DNA from: Felis catus
Taxonomy: Eukaryota
Reading direction: 5' to 3'
Assembly: GCF_018350175.1 (NCBI RefSeq)
Contig: NC_058368.1
Location: 116,748,001 to 116,812,000, forward strand
Length of the DNA stretch: 64,000 nt
Position 1 is the first letter of the stretch; each line of letters begins with the position of its first letter. Below the pieces are notes generated by a model. It ran no database searches. It was not told the origin of the DNA and saw only the letters and a program-made list of their open reading frames with translations. The position numbers and the translations under genes were made by a program. Of this stretch, positions 27,064 to 41,330 are shown piece by piece.

Positions 27064-28479
27064 GTAAGCAAATCTTGAGGGATTTGATTCCCTTGCCCAG
27101 GAGATGGCTGCTAGCTATGTTCTGAAATGCTTCTTAGATGAGCCTTTAGCAACATTTAATCCATTGAATTGAACACTCCTGCTTAGCACCCCCATGCTAA
27201 GAATTCTGGGAGTATAAAAGTATTAAAAGACTGTCGTTGGCCTCAAGGAGTTTATAGTTTATTTCTGAGAAACAAGGGTAAGAAATTTAAGCCTATTAAA
27301 GAACAATAAAAGTAATCTAGTGTACAGGACTAAAATTAGAAATAAGGCACCAAAGTTTCTGGTACAGGAAATAAATGACTGGGGATGTCTTTAATTCCTT
27401 TTATGAATTTATTCAAGGAATTATTTAAAGCATAAACCCCTTCATTAAAAAAAAAACATTTTGAGCAACAGATGTGTAAGGCATTTTTAAAAAAAGTTTA
27501 TTTATTTATTTTGAGAGAGAGAGAGGCAGAGGGAGAGAGAGAATCCCAAGCAAGCTTGGTGCTGTCCGCAGAGAGCCTGACGTGCAGCTCAATCTCACAA
27601 ACCATGAGATCATGACTTGAGCCGAGATCAAGAGTCAGAGACAGACCCTTAATGGACTGAGCCACCCAGGTGTCCCAGATATGGGTAAGGCATTCTGATA
27701 CCAAAAATGGGAATGAAAAATATGCAAGAGTCTTTACATTACATAAGCATAGTATCATGGAAGATGAGGCATTTGCCCAAACCATTACAATACATGATTT
27801 GACAATGATAACCTAAAAAATGTAAAAATAAATTGCAATGGATGTTCAAAGGGAGAGAGAGACTGTGAGAGAACATCTGGGAAGGGAGGAGGAGGAAATC
27901 AGAAGAGGAATTGTGGTAGAGATGGCATTTGAATTAGATCCTGAATGATACACCATTTAATAAAATGGCAACATATTTTCTAGGTCATGCTTTTTAAATA
28001 AATGCCATTTTTGCATAGTAGTCTTTTTTGAGAATGGCACTCTGAAACATAGCTAATGATAGCTCCACACAGTGTTTCTAAGTATATGGAAATTATAAGC
28101 ATGTCTCAGAATACCTGTTTGTACTGATAGAAAATAATAATATAGGTCCTAAAATAATAGGTCTAAAATAATATAGGTCCTATACCTATTGGGTATAGGA
28201 CTTGACAACCTTTTATTTTACATTTTATTGATATATTTCACAAAGAAGAAAGAGTAGTAATTGTTTTTAAAATTTTAATTCCAGTGTAATTAATATACAG
28301 TGTCATATTCATTTCAGATGTACAATATAGTGATTCAACAATGCCATTTATTACTTATTGTTTGAAAGAGGAATAATTGTTGTGTCAGAAACATTTGTGT
28401 ATTCAAGGTGCACTTGCCATTCAAAGTCCATTCAACTTGGATTTAATTTTCTTATTATTTTAGAAGCCAATATACTTTA

Positions 28480-28580
28480 TTTTTTTTAATTTTTTTTAAT
28501 GTTTATTTATTTTTGAGACAGAGAGAGACAGAGCATGAATGGGGGAGGGGCAGAGAGAGAGGGAGACAGAATCGGAAGCA
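28480..28580 (-). mobile_element. 5'-truncated Can-SINE
   Basis: 18-bp perfect TSD agaagccaatatacttta at 28462-28479 and 28581-28598. Confidence 0.9.
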
Positions 28581-30314
28581 AGAAGCCAATATACTTTAAA
28601 ATAAGTAAATGCTATATTTGAAAGTAATGCATCTAATAAAAGTTAAATTATTCAAATACTTAAATTCATCCATAGTGGCCCTTTGCATTTCAAAAACTTA
28701 TCAAATAGAGTGAGGACAGTCTTCATCAATTTTACAGTATTACTTTCTGATTTTTCATAGAGATCATTGATAAAAGGGAAGGAGGTATGCAGAAATTAGG
28801 GAAGGGAATGGAGGATTCCTTGTTTTATGATTCCAGGTAATAGGGGAAAAGTAGGTTATAAGTTAGTTATTCTCCTTCAAATGATGATGTTAACTGAAAA
28901 TAAAATAGATTTATATGCATTATAATTTTGCATATTTTATGTTTCACATGGCATAAGTGCTTGCTGAATGAAAGAATAAATACATTTGTGAATGGATGAA
29001 TTGGGTGTTAATGTAGATGGAAGAGTTCAACAAAGATTTAACTTACTTTTCCACTTTATGTGTATATATATTTAGCAGTTTAAAGATCTCTTTCAAATAT
29101 ATTATTTCAATGATTATTTTCTTCCTCATATATAGTAGTGAAACAACATTAACAGTGGGATTTTCTGGTCCTAGAAAAACCTCAATACTGTGTCTGACAC
29201 TAAATATGATCACAGTTCCTATAGATGACAAAGTGATTAGTAGGGACACACATGTTTATACTGTGAAAGTTGCAGCAAATACAAATGAAAATGTAGTTAA
29301 TTTTAAGACAGAAAATTGGTGCATTGTAATGTTAATATTTCAGGTATCAAAACAATGTATAAACTCTCTTCCTATCAAGAAAATGTATCATTTATTTTAT
29401 TTCACTGCTTTCTATAACAGAGATGAGAATACTGAAGTTTGGGAATCTGAATGTTTGGCAGTCAGGTACTGTTTGAGAAACACATTTTGAGGAGACTTGA
29501 AAGAAATGGATCTGGAAGTTGGAAAATTATTTAAAAGGAGGAATATAGCTAGTAACAGAGGAAAATATCCCTTGCCACTGAATTTTTAAACTTATATGAG
29601 TGACAGTAACAAAGATAGACTGTTCATACATGCAGGAATACTGTGCCATCCCATTTGTCTACCTGCACAATCTTTTTCCATCAATGTTGATATTTCAAGT
29701 TATAGGTAGTCCATTGCCTGCTAATAATTTTTGTGTACTAGATATTTCCTTATATATAAAGAAAGTATGATGTATAAGAACATGAATAAAATAACTTCTA
29801 GAAAGCTGGAGTATTTGTAATTCACCCAGGCATTTTATTATTGACTTCTTCCTATCCAATTGCATATTGATCCAATTTTGATTCTTTAGAACAGAATGCT
29901 TGTCATAGTGTTTGCTGAATGCCGTAATACCGACTACAGAATTCTAGAAATAAAATATTTACTGCTTGATTTTATAAAACAAAAATCCTTCAAAAAGAGT
30001 ACAATTTCATAATAATTTTAACTGTGTGCCTGAGTCATAAAGAATCTTGTTTAGGGGCGCCTGGGTGTTTCAATCAGTTGTGTCTAACTTCAGCTCAGGT
30101 CATGATCTCATGGTTTGTGGGTTGGAGCCCTGCGTCGGGTTCTGTGCTGACAGCTTAGAGCCTGGAGCCTGCTTTGAATTCTGTGTCTCCCTCTCTCTCT
30201 GCCCCTGTCGTGTTCACACTCTGTCTCTCAAAAATGAATAAATGTTAAAAAAAAATGTTATTAAAAAAAGGAATCTCGATGTATATATATTTATTTTTTT
30301 TTCAAATACTAAGC

Positions 30315-30663
30315 CCTTCTTTTTTACTTGTTTTTATTTTAATTCCAGTGTAGTTAACACAGTGTTATATTAGTTTCAAGTGTACAATATAATGACTTAA
30401 CAATTCCATACATCATCCATTACTCATGATGACAAGTGCACTCCTTAATCCCCATCACCTATTTGACCATCCCCCCACCCACCTCCCTCTGGTAATCATC
30501 AGTTTGTGCTCTATAGTTGAAAGTCTGTTTCTTGGTTTCTGTCTCCCTCTCTGTCTCTGTGTTTTTCCTTTGCTCATTTGTTTTGTTTCTTAAATTCCAC
30601 ATGTGCGTGAAATTATTTCATATCTGTCTTTACTGACTTATTTAGCTTAGCATTATACTCTCT
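30315..30663 (-). mobile_element. Short carnivore L1 3' UTR insertion
   Basis: T-rich tail and L1 3' UTR motifs. Flanked by near-identical aaatactaagcccttct / aaatactgagtccttct. Confidence 0.75.
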
Positions 30664-32683
30664 AAATACTGAGTCCTTCTGTCTTGTTTTAGTTTACAGT
30701 GTGTATTAACATATTTTACAGTACTAAAATCTGTCAGTTTAGGAAATTCAGGAAAACATTTTTATCTTTATTTCTTGTATTAATAATACTTTATAGATAA
30801 AAACAAAATTGATGTACTATGCAACAAGTAGACAACATGTGTTTCATGTTAGTTTTTTGTAAGATTTGTGATGGGCCCTTTAATTTTTTTTAGGTTGGTA
30901 TCCAACATGTTACCTCGGAGATGTACATTTCTGCCTATCATTTAAAATTCATTGCATTGGCAAATTTTTTAGATAATAAATATTAATGTAGCAAAAAACT
31001 TACAACAGTGAACAACTGACTTTATTAAATATTCCACATGAAAATTATAGTGAACATATCAGTGTTATGTTAGTGTATTGTTCTTCTGTAACTGAAGCAG
31101 TTTGTCCATTGCCAGGATGTATATGTAGGGTATACAATATTTCTCCTGTGCAGTGTCATTTGTTTACAGAATGGTAGGATGTTTTTGACATTCTAGGTGT
31201 TTTTATTTATTAAAATATATGCCATTAGCAGACTTTACCATAGGTTGATTAGATATTTCCTCATATCTATTTTGACTTTTAAACTGATAATTGACTTAGA
31301 AAATCTTTAGAGTGCTGTAACTAAGGAAGCTTGCAGAGCATATGAAATACATTTGGATTAAAAAAACTATGTAGACAGTACAATAGAATTTATTGTATAA
31401 TAGAGAAACCTCAAACTAGTAAAAGGGAAGGAAAAGAGCTTAATAACTTGAGGAAACAGTAGGAAAAAGCAATGCCTGGGAAATGTATCAATGGGGAAAT
31501 TTTAACAACATGTCTGATAATGTTAAGATCTATTAATGTGTGTTGCCTTAAATATTTACAGTTAGAGGGAAACAATTATATTCCAGAGACTAAATATGTT
31601 TTGCTGGGTTGGAGTGAAGATGGATTAAGTCTTAAAGAGACTTTTACATTTCTCAAATGGGGATAATAGGAATATCAGAAATAATTAACATTTGGAAGAA
31701 TGTCAAGTGAATGTGGATCACAGCCTAGGGTTCTGACTGAAGTATTAAGGGAAGTAAGGAGTTTATTGGTAAAGATTATTCTTAAAAACAACAACTAAAT
31801 CATAAAAGTAGTTACTTACTTTTTTCCCAATTTTAACTGACAAGATGAGAATGGTTTAGGATATAAATAAGGTACATGTCTCTTTTATTCTGCGCTTATG
31901 AAAAAGAAGAGAATTAGGATAACAATTTCCTTCTCAAGCTATAAACACAGAAGGTCATTATATATTCATCTGGAACTTGTCTTTCAATCTGGGAATGAAT
32001 ATGCAATCACATATTCTCTCTCCTGTGCTTCAGAGAAAGAGAAAAAAAACTTTTCTGTCACATCCCCAAATCTTGGCTGTTCTAGAACCATCTGGTTGCC
32101 ATCTACATATATACTGTTTTCATAGCAGAAGTGTAATGGCACACCCTCAGAAATGTATTCTCTGAATTCATGCACATTATGCTTATTCTTTAGAATCTTT
32201 AAGCAAAGATTACAGCTGTTTTGTTTAGTCTCAAAATGATGTTCATACAAAATAAAAACAACCAGTTAAGACATCTTCATAATGGGGTTTTGCATCTATA
32301 CTTACCACTCAAGATAGGCTTGTCATTTTCCTTTCTTATAAGGATTTGATGTCAAGGTTATGCTGGCCCTATTAAACAGGTTCAAAGTATTTTTTCTCTC
32401 TCCTCTTTTATATTCTTTGAACATGTTTATTAAGATTGGTGATATTTCTTTCTTAAATATTTAGTAGAATTCACTAGCGATATTCTCCGTGCCTTAGTTT
32501 TCTTTGTGGGGAAGTTTTAAGTCATGAAATTAAATTTTTCCATTAGTAATAGAATTATTTATATTTTTACTCTTCTTGCTTTTTTTTTATGAACTGTCTT
32601 TTCCAAAAATATGTTAATGTCATCTAAGCTTTCAAATTTTGGTATGAAGTTGTTTATAGTGTCCTCTTATGATCTTAAAAAAC

Positions 32684-33550
32684 ATTTTTTTATAGAAGTA
32701 CAATTAACATACAGTATTATGTTAATTTCAGGTGTATAACATAATGACTCCACAATTCTATATCTTACTCAGTGCTCATCATGATAAGTGTAGTCCCCAT
32801 CTGTCACCAATGTTGCTACCATCTTAATGACTATATTCCCTATGCTATACTTTTCATCTCCATGACTTATTTATTTTCTTACTGGAAATATACACCTCTT
32901 AATCCTCATTATCTATTTCACCCATCTCTCCATCCACTTCCCCTTCGGAAACCACCAGTTTGTTTTCTTTATTTAAGAGGCTGGTTTTTTGTTTGTCTCT
33001 TTTTCCCTTTGTTCATTTCTTTTGTTTCTTAAATTCCACATATGAGTGAAATCATATGTTATTTGTCTTTCTTTTACTTATTTCACTTAACATTATACCT
33101 CCAGGTCCATCCATGCTGTTGCAAATGGCAAGATGTCATTCTTTTTTATGGCTGAGTATATATGACATCTTTATCTGTTTATCTATAGATGGTTATTTGG
33201 GTTGCTTCCATATCCTGGCTATTGCAAAGAATTGTAAATAATGCTGCAATAAACATAGGGTTGCATATATCTTTTTGAATTAGTGTTTTCATTTTCTTTT
33301 TTTTTAAGTTTATTTATTTTGAGAGAGAGCACGTGCATGCAAGCAGGAGAAGGGCAAAGAGAGAGGGAGAGAGACAATATCAAGAAGGCTCCACACTATC
33401 AGCGTGGAGCCCAACGCAGGGCTCGATATCATGACTATCACCTTAGCCGAAATCAAGAGCCAGATGCTTAACTGATGAGCCCAAGTGCTGCAGTGCTTTC
33501 ATTTTCTTGGGGTAAATTCCCAGTAGTAGAATTACTGGATCATACAATAT

Positions 33551-33594
<44 letters not shown>

Positions 33595-34933
33595 AATTTT
33601 TTAAATGTTTATTTATTTTTGACAGAGAGAGAGAGAGAGAGCACATGAGTGGGAGGGGCAGAAAGAGATGGAGACACATAATCTAAAGCAAGCTCCAGGC
33701 TCTGAGCTGTTAGCACAGAGCCGGATGCAAGATTATGACCTGAGCAGAAGTCGAAGCTTAACTGACTGAGCCACCTAGGTGCCCCATATGATATTTATAT
33801 TTTTAATTTTTTGAGAACCTTCCATACTGTTTTCCATAGTGGCTGCACTTATTTTCATTCCCAGTAGCAGTGCACATGGATTCTTTTCTCTCCACATCCT
33901 TACTAACACTTGTTATTTCTTGTCTTTTAATTCTATCTATTCTGACAGGTATAAGGTGATATCTCATTGTAATTTTGATTTGTAATTTCCCTGATGATCA
34001 GTGATGTTGAACATCTTTTTCATGTGTCTGTTGGTCATTTGTATCTTTGGGAAAATGTCTATTAAGGTCCTCTGCTCATTTTTATTTATTGGTTTATTTA
34101 TTTACTTTATTTTTATTTTAAGTTTATTTATTTTTACACCCAACGTGGGACTTGAACTCACAACCCCAAGATCAAGAATTGTATGCTCCCTTGACTGAGC
34201 CAGCCAGGCACTCCCCCTCTGCCCATTTTAAATCAAATTATTATTGTGGGGTGTTGAGTTGTATGAGTTGTTTATGTATTTTGGATATTAACCCCTTATT
34301 GACTATGTCATTTGCAGCTGTCTTCTCCCATTTAGTAGGTTGCCTTGTCATTTTGTTGATGGTTTCCTTTGCTGTGCAAAAGCTTTTTGTTTTGGTATAG
34401 TCCCAGTAGTTTCTTTTTGCTTTTTTTTTCCTTGCCTGAGGCGATACATCTAAAAAAATGTTTGTAGAGCTGATGTCAAAGTGCTTACTGCCTATGTTTT
34501 CTTATAGGAATTTTATGCTTTCAGGTCTCACATTTAGGTCTTTAATTCATTTTGAGTTTATTTTTGTGTATAGTTAAGAAAGTGGTTCAGTTTCTATCTT
34601 TATTGTAGAAAAAAAAAATCAATGAAACCAGAAGCTGGACCTTTGAAAAGATAGACAAAATTGATAAACCTTTAGCCAGACTCATCAATAAAGAAGAACA
34701 AAGCTGCTAGTGTCCCAATCCCGGATTGCAAGATATACTACAAAGCTGTAGCAATCAAAACAGTATGTAGTACTGGCACAAAAATAGACACACAGATTAA
34801 TGGAACAGAATAGAGAGCTCAGAAATAAGCCCATGCTTATATGATAAATTAATCTATGACAAAGGAGGCAAGAATATACAATGGGAAAAAGACAAGTCTC
34901 TTCAACAAATGCTGTTGGGAAAATTGGATGGCT
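32684..34933 (-). mobile_element. Carnivore L1 with an inverted 5' segment (~34610-34933 on +) and three nested SINEs
   Basis: 3' UTR and ORF2 on the minus strand up to ~34595, then plus-strand ORF2 sequence that ends next to the breakpoint. Confidence 0.8.
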
Positions 34934-37122
34934 TTTTCATTCATTTTGAAGAGAATGTCTGCTGTTTGGTATTACAGATACCCAGGTTCATCTTGTAAAC
35001 TTCTTGTCTCAGACCTGGAATTAAGCATTTGTCAAGGATCCTTCAGTATTTTTTGTGCGTGGTGATATTTAGAGATAGAATCTTGACAACAGGTGTGCTT
35101 ATTGCTACAGTGTTGAGTCAGTGTTTTAGGTACTTTTAGTTACTGAGCTAAGGGATGTCCATTTTTTAAAAAAATATAAAAGGCATAACAAGTTTTTTTT
35201 TAAATTTTTTTAATGTTTATTTATTATTAAGAGACAGAGATGGAGCGTGAGTGGGGGAGGAGCAGAGAGAGAGGGAGACACAGAATCTGAAGCAGGCTCC
35301 AGGCTCCGAGCTGTCAGCACAGAGCCTGACGCAGGGCTCGAACTCACAAACCCACAAACCGGGAGATCATGACGAGAGCCGAAGCCAGACGCTTAACCTA
35401 CTGAGCCACCCAGGTGCCCCAAGGCATCACAAGTTTATACTAATCTGTCTAATTCCAATTCATCACTCTAAGGCTTTTACTTAATTCCATCAATTTTACA
35501 TTTGTGTCTCCTTTCTTCCACAATAAAAATCCCAGTTTTCATTTATATCAACATAATTACTCATTTGTTACCCCACACTACTCAAAAAACAGAAAACAAT
35601 ACCAGCACTAAACCAACAATATGATTACAGTATCAGTTTAATATTTTTGTCATTATTTTCACTTGGAGGGTATGTCCCACTAGGCACATATAAATTATTG
35701 TGTTTTAAAGTTTTGGGATCGGGGGGCACCTGGGTGGCTCAGTTTGTCGGGCGTGGGACTCTTGGTTTTGGCTCAGGTCATGATCCCAGGGTCATAGGAT
35801 TGAGCCCCACATTGTGCTCTGTGTTGACAGTGCAGAACATGCTCGGGATTCTGTCTCCCTCTCCCATGCTTTCCCTCTCCCTCTTACTCTCTCTCTCTCT
35901 CTCAAAAATAAATAAAAAATAAACTTAAAAAAAAAAAAGTATTTTAGCGGGTGCCTGAGTGGCTCATTTGGTTAAACATCCAGCTCTTGATTTCAGCTCA
36001 GGTCATGATCTCACCGTTTGTGAGATCAAGTTCCGAGTCTGGCTCTGTGCTGACAGCATGAGATTTGCTCTCTCTCTGAGATTTTCTCTCTCTCTCTCTC
36101 TTTCTGCCCCTTCCTCGCATGCATTTTCTCTCTCAAAATAAATAAACATTTAAAATATCTTGGAGTAGTTCATCTCTGTGTAGGTAAGCTGCCAAACACA
36201 TACAGAGTTAGGTTCATTTGTTTTGAGTTACTTTCAAATTTAGGCCTGAAAGTAATATTACACTGTATGTTAACTAACTAGAATTAAAAAAAAACTTTTA
36301 AAAACTCAGGCTTGTTTTTTAAAATTTCATTTTCTTTTATAGCTATGTGAAATGTTACAATGGTTCTAAAATTCATAAAAGAAAGTATATTTAGAGAAGT
36401 CTAGTATTTACTATGCCTGTTCCTCCACTCTAGTCTGTCTTCTTTTTAAAAAAAAAATCATTTTTACGTTTATTTATTTTTGAGAGACAGAGAGAGACAG
36501 AGCACAAGTGGGGGAGGGGCAGAGAGAGAAGGAGACAGAATCTGAAGCAGGTTCCAGGCCCAGAGCTGTCAGTACAGAGCCCAACGCGGGGCTCGAACCC
36601 ACAAGCCATGAGATCATGACCTGAGCTGAAGTCGGACGCTCAACCAACTGAGCCACCCAGGTGCCCAAGTCTTATTTTCTTGTTATAGGTAATCAAATTT
36701 TATGATTTATCCTTTTATTATTCCTTTTTAAATGCATATATAAGTGTATATATATTATATATAGACACATTTATATGTATTTATACATATAAACGTATAT
36801 ATATTTTAAATATATATATATATATTATATATAAAAATATAAGCAAATGTGTATGTGTGTATATCTTTTTAGGATAAATTATAACATACGAAAACATACT
36901 CTTCTCCACTTTGGTTTATTCACTGAAAAACATATACTTGTGGGGCGCCTGGGTGGCTCAGTCGGTTAAGTGTTTGACTTCTGTTCATGTCATGATCTTG
37001 TGGTTTTGAGCCTGCATGATGCTCTGAGATGATAGTGCAGAGCAGAAACTGCTTGGGATTCTGTCTCTCCCTCTGTCTCTGCCCCTTCCCCACTCCTTCT
37101 TTCTCTCTCAAAAATAAACATG

Positions 37123-37295
37123 TATATAGATGAGATATAGATATAGATATATAGAGATATAGATATAGATATAGATATAGATATAGATATAGATATAGAT
37201 ATAGATATAGATATAGATATAGATATAGATAGATATATCTATCTATAGATATAGATAGATATATACATCTATATATAGATATAGATAGATATATA
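37123..37295. repeat. (TAGATA)n hexamer microsatellite grown from a SINE tail
   Basis: Direct inspection. Follows the SINE at 36942-37097. Confidence 0.9.
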
Positions 37296-37329
37296 AACTT
37301 GCGATCACTCCATAGGAGTATATAGAGCT

Positions 37330-39480
37330 ACTCTATGTTTCTTAATGATGTCTTTTGATTAACAGGAACTCCTAATTTTAATGAGATCTAACGAAATCTA
37401 ATGCATTTTCTTTTTTACTTGGTACTCTTTCTATCCTTTTAACGAAAATGTAGCCTACTTCAAGGTCATGAAGATATGTTCCTATATTATCTTCTAGAAC
37501 ATTGCTGTCCAATGGGACTTTCTGTATGTTGGAAATTTTCTATATCTGCACATATAGGACATATGACTACTGAGCACTTGAAATGTGGCTAGTGAAACTG
37601 TGGGACTGAATTTTTAATGTTCCTAAATTTAATTTGAGCTTCAGTTTAAATAGCCATATTTGATTAGTGGTTGCCATAGTTCCAGCAGCTTTCTTGTTTT
37701 AACATGCACATTAAGAATCTTAATCCATCTGAAGTTGTATTTTTGTGTATGGTGTAATGTTAGAGCTGAGATTAATTTTTTTCCATGTAAAAATCCAGCT
37801 GAATTTTCTACATACACAGCACCACTTAATAAAAAGACCATACTTTTCTTGCTATTCTGTAGTGCCGCCTTTGTCATAAACCAAATGACTGTATAGTTGG
37901 ACCTATTTCTAGACTTTCATTCTGTTTTAGTGGTGTAGTCCTATATTCTTGTGCCGATACCATTCTGTGTTGATACGCACTGATATACAATTGTGTAAGT
38001 TTTTCTAGCTTGTTCTTTTGCCTCCTGATTAATTTAGTTATTTTCGGCCCTTTGCATTTCTACGTAAATTGTGAATCATCGTGTTAATTTCTACCCCAGA
38101 AAACTCTGCTCATATTTTAATTGGTGTTACATTGAATCTGTAGAAACTATGAGGCATATTCCCATTTTGACAAACTTTTACTTGGATTTTTATTTACTGT
38201 GTAAAAAATAAGGGATTTATTAACACAATGATAATATGTACATAAACATCTGGTCTACTAACATGATATATCTTTCTATTTATTTTTTTCTCACTGTTTA
38301 TACATGTTTATGTGTGTATATAGAGATATTTTTGTACAACTTCATTAAATATTTGATATTTTGATATAATTTTAAATGGCATTTAAAAAATTTCATTTTA
38401 TAATTGTTTTTGTTGCAGGTATATAGATATAAAACTAATTTTTGTATTACGTTTATATCCAGGGTCCTTGCTAAATTTTATTTTGAAATGTCACATTTTT
38501 ATATTATTTTATATTTTCTATAGACACTGTTTGCCATTTCCAATACTCTTAGTTTTATTTATTTATGTTTTAACTTTCTAATCATATTGTTTCCTTGTTT
38601 TATGGTTTGGTGGCATTGCTGAATTGAAGTGATAATAGTCTTGTCTTAATCCTGTCTCAGACAGAAAGTTTTTTATATTTAATATGAGATACGTTTTGTT
38701 CCAGAGGTCTTTTGTCAGGTTAAGGAAGCTTCCTTCCCTTTGTAATTTAACTAAGGGATTTTTAAAAAATTATGAATGGATATTAAATTTATCATATATT
38801 TTTCTGTTTAAGTGATCATATGATATCCTTTTATTTTATTCAAATCATGAATTATATTGGTTGATTTATTAATGATAAACCAATATTACATTCTTGGAAT
38901 AAACCCTGGTTGGTTGTGATATATTATCCTTCTTTATATCACTGGATTTCGTTTCCCAATATTTTGCTTAGAATTTAAAAAATCTGTGTTTATGATAGAA
39001 ATTGGTTTGTAATTTTCCATTCTTCTAATCTTTTTGTCAGGGTTTGGTATCAAGGTTATGCTGGCCTCTTATAGTAAGTGGAGAAGTTTTACCTCTTTTT
39101 CAATTCTTTGGAAAGTTTGTTTAAATCATTTTTTTCTCCCATAAATATTTGGGAGAATTCAGAATTAAGCCTTATTAGATTAGAGTTATTTTCATGAAAA
39201 TGTTTTTAATTACAAATTCAGTATCTGCAGTAGGTTTAAAACTATACAAATTTTAAACTTCTAGTTGTATAGTTTTGCAAATTGTTTTTTTTCAATAAAT
39301 TTGTGCATTTATAATGTAATATATAGGCTTAAAGCTATTCATTATATTTCTCATTATTTTAATGTAGTAAGAACCATAATGGTTGTTTTTTTTTACATTT
39401 CTCATTTTGTATTTTTGCTTTCTTTTTTTTGAAATAAAGTATGCCATAGCTGTATTGATTTTATTAGTTTTTTTAATATT
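37330..39480 (-). mobile_element. Ancient L1M ORF2 remnant
   Basis: Degenerate L1 ORF2 antisense motifs such as tttggtatcaaggttatgctggcctc. Confidence 0.65.
37500..37690 (+). mobile_element. MER3-like hAT-Charlie MITE
   Basis: tgctgtccaatgggactttctg...tgagcacttgaaatgtggctagtg...aaatagccatat matches the recalled MER3 consensus. Confidence 0.75.
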
Positions 39481-39484
39481 TTTT

Positions 39485-39547
39485 TTGACAGCCAGAAAAT
39501 AAAAGACTCACTACCTTTATTTTTTATTTTTTTAATGTTTATTTATT

Positions 39548-39599
<52 letters not shown>

Positions 39600-41330
39600 T
39601 GAGCAGGGGAGGGGCAGAGAGAGAGGGAGACACAGAATCCAAAGCCAACTACTGGCTCTGAGATGTCAGCACAGAGCCCATTGCTGGGCTCAAACCTATG
39701 ATCTGAGAGATCATGACCTGAGCTGAAGTTGGACACTTAACTGAATGAGCCACCCAGGTACTCTAAGACTTATTACCTTTATTTTATTTTATATTTTTAA
39801 GACTTATTACCTTTAAATGAGCAATAGTAAGACTGACGACTGAACTCTCAAAAAAAAAAAAAAATTGGAAGCCAGAAGACAATGAAATGACATCTTTAAA
39901 AGGGCTTAAAGAAAACATCTGCAAACTTAGAATTTTATGCTCAGCAAAAAATATTCTTCAAAAAGGAAAGTAAATGAAAATATTTTCGAATGAACCCAAA
40001 CTGAGGAAATATATCTTAAGCAGATCTTCACTGAGGTAAATAGTAATTTCTTTAGGTATACATAAAATATTTCTAAGTAGAAGCATGAGAAATATAGGAA
40101 GGAAGGGAATGAAGGGAGGGAGGGAACAAAGAAGGAAGCAATAGAGGTAAATATTTACTGAATATAACAAAACTAAAATATAGTAGGATTTAAAATATAA
40201 AACGAATTCAAGTATAGGAGAACAATAATGTGTTCTTATATCTAGAGAAAGGTAAATAGAATTAATGGATTTAATAGAATTGAAATTTAATAGAATTAAA
40301 AGAATCTAAGGCCATTATATCATTCCAGAAGTCAAGGATGCATTTATATCTTCTAGGTTAATCCATTTAAAATATTAAAAGAATTGGGGCGCCTGGGTGG
40401 CTCAGTCGGTTAAGCGTCCGACTTCGGCGCAGGTCATGATCTCGCGGTTCGTGAGTTCGAGCCCCGCGTCGGGCTCTGTGCTGACAGCTCAGAGCCTGGA
40501 GCCTATTTCAGATTCTGTGTCTCCCTCTCTCTCTCTGACCTTCCCCCGTTCATGCCCTGTCTCTCTCTGTCTCAAAAGTAAATAAACGTTAAAAAAATTA
40601 AAAAAATAATAATAAAATATTAAAAGAATATGAGACCAGAAAGTTATTAATGGGGTCATAATAGGATAAAAATATACTTAATTAATCTATGAAAAGGCCA
40701 GAAAGGGGGAAAAAGACAAATAAGAACAGATGGGATTAAAAAAAAAAGTGGTAAAATGACAGATTTAAATTGAAGCATATCAGTAGTTACATTAAATGTA
40801 AACAGGCTAAACATTCCAATTAATGAAGATGGTCATACTGGTTAGAAATTAAACAACCATATGTCATTTATCAGAGACATACCTTTATTAGAAGGATAAA
40901 GAAAGGTTGAGGGGCGCCTGGGTGGCTCAGTTGGGTAAGTGTCTGACTTTGGCTCAGGTCATGATCTCACAGTTTGTGGGTTCAAGCCCCACGTTGGGCC
41001 CTGTGCTGACAGCTCAGAGCCTGGAGCCTGCTTCAGATTCTGTGTCACCCTCTCTCTCTGCACCTCCCCTGCTTGCACTCTGTCTCTCTCTGTCTCTCTC
41101 TCAAAAATAAATAATAAACATTTAAAAATTTTTTAAAAAGGTTGAAAGTACAAGGATGGAAAGAGATTATACTATGCAAATACTTATCAAAAAGAAACTG
41201 TATACAGTATTTGCTATACAAATATCACTTATAGTAGACCTTAAGACAAGAAACCTAATAGATATAAATAGGGACATTATATAATGAGAAGAGGGTCAGG
41301 AAGTTAAAATAATAATAAATTGCATCCTAC
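39485..41330 (+). mobile_element. Ancient L1M ORF1/ORF2-start remnant in sense orientation, with several SINEs
   Basis: ggaagccagaagacaatgaaatgacatctttaaa is ORF1-like, and acattaaatgtaaacaggctaaac resembles ORF2 TLNVNGLN. Confidence 0.65.
40386..40613 (+). mobile_element. Young SINEC_Fc-like SINE
   Basis: CpGs largely intact. 16-bp TSD aaaatattaaaagaat at 40369-40384 and 40614-40629. Confidence 0.93.

Noticed and set aside
29017..29490. 157-aa ORF in the PCDHAC1 intron
   Set aside because: AT-rich, I/F/K/N-biased composition, no recognisable domain and no convincing exon structure. Likely chance.
40386..40470. tRNA genes suggested by A/B-box sequences
   Set aside because: These are tRNA-derived heads of Can-SINEs, each followed by (CT)n, an A-tail and TSDs.
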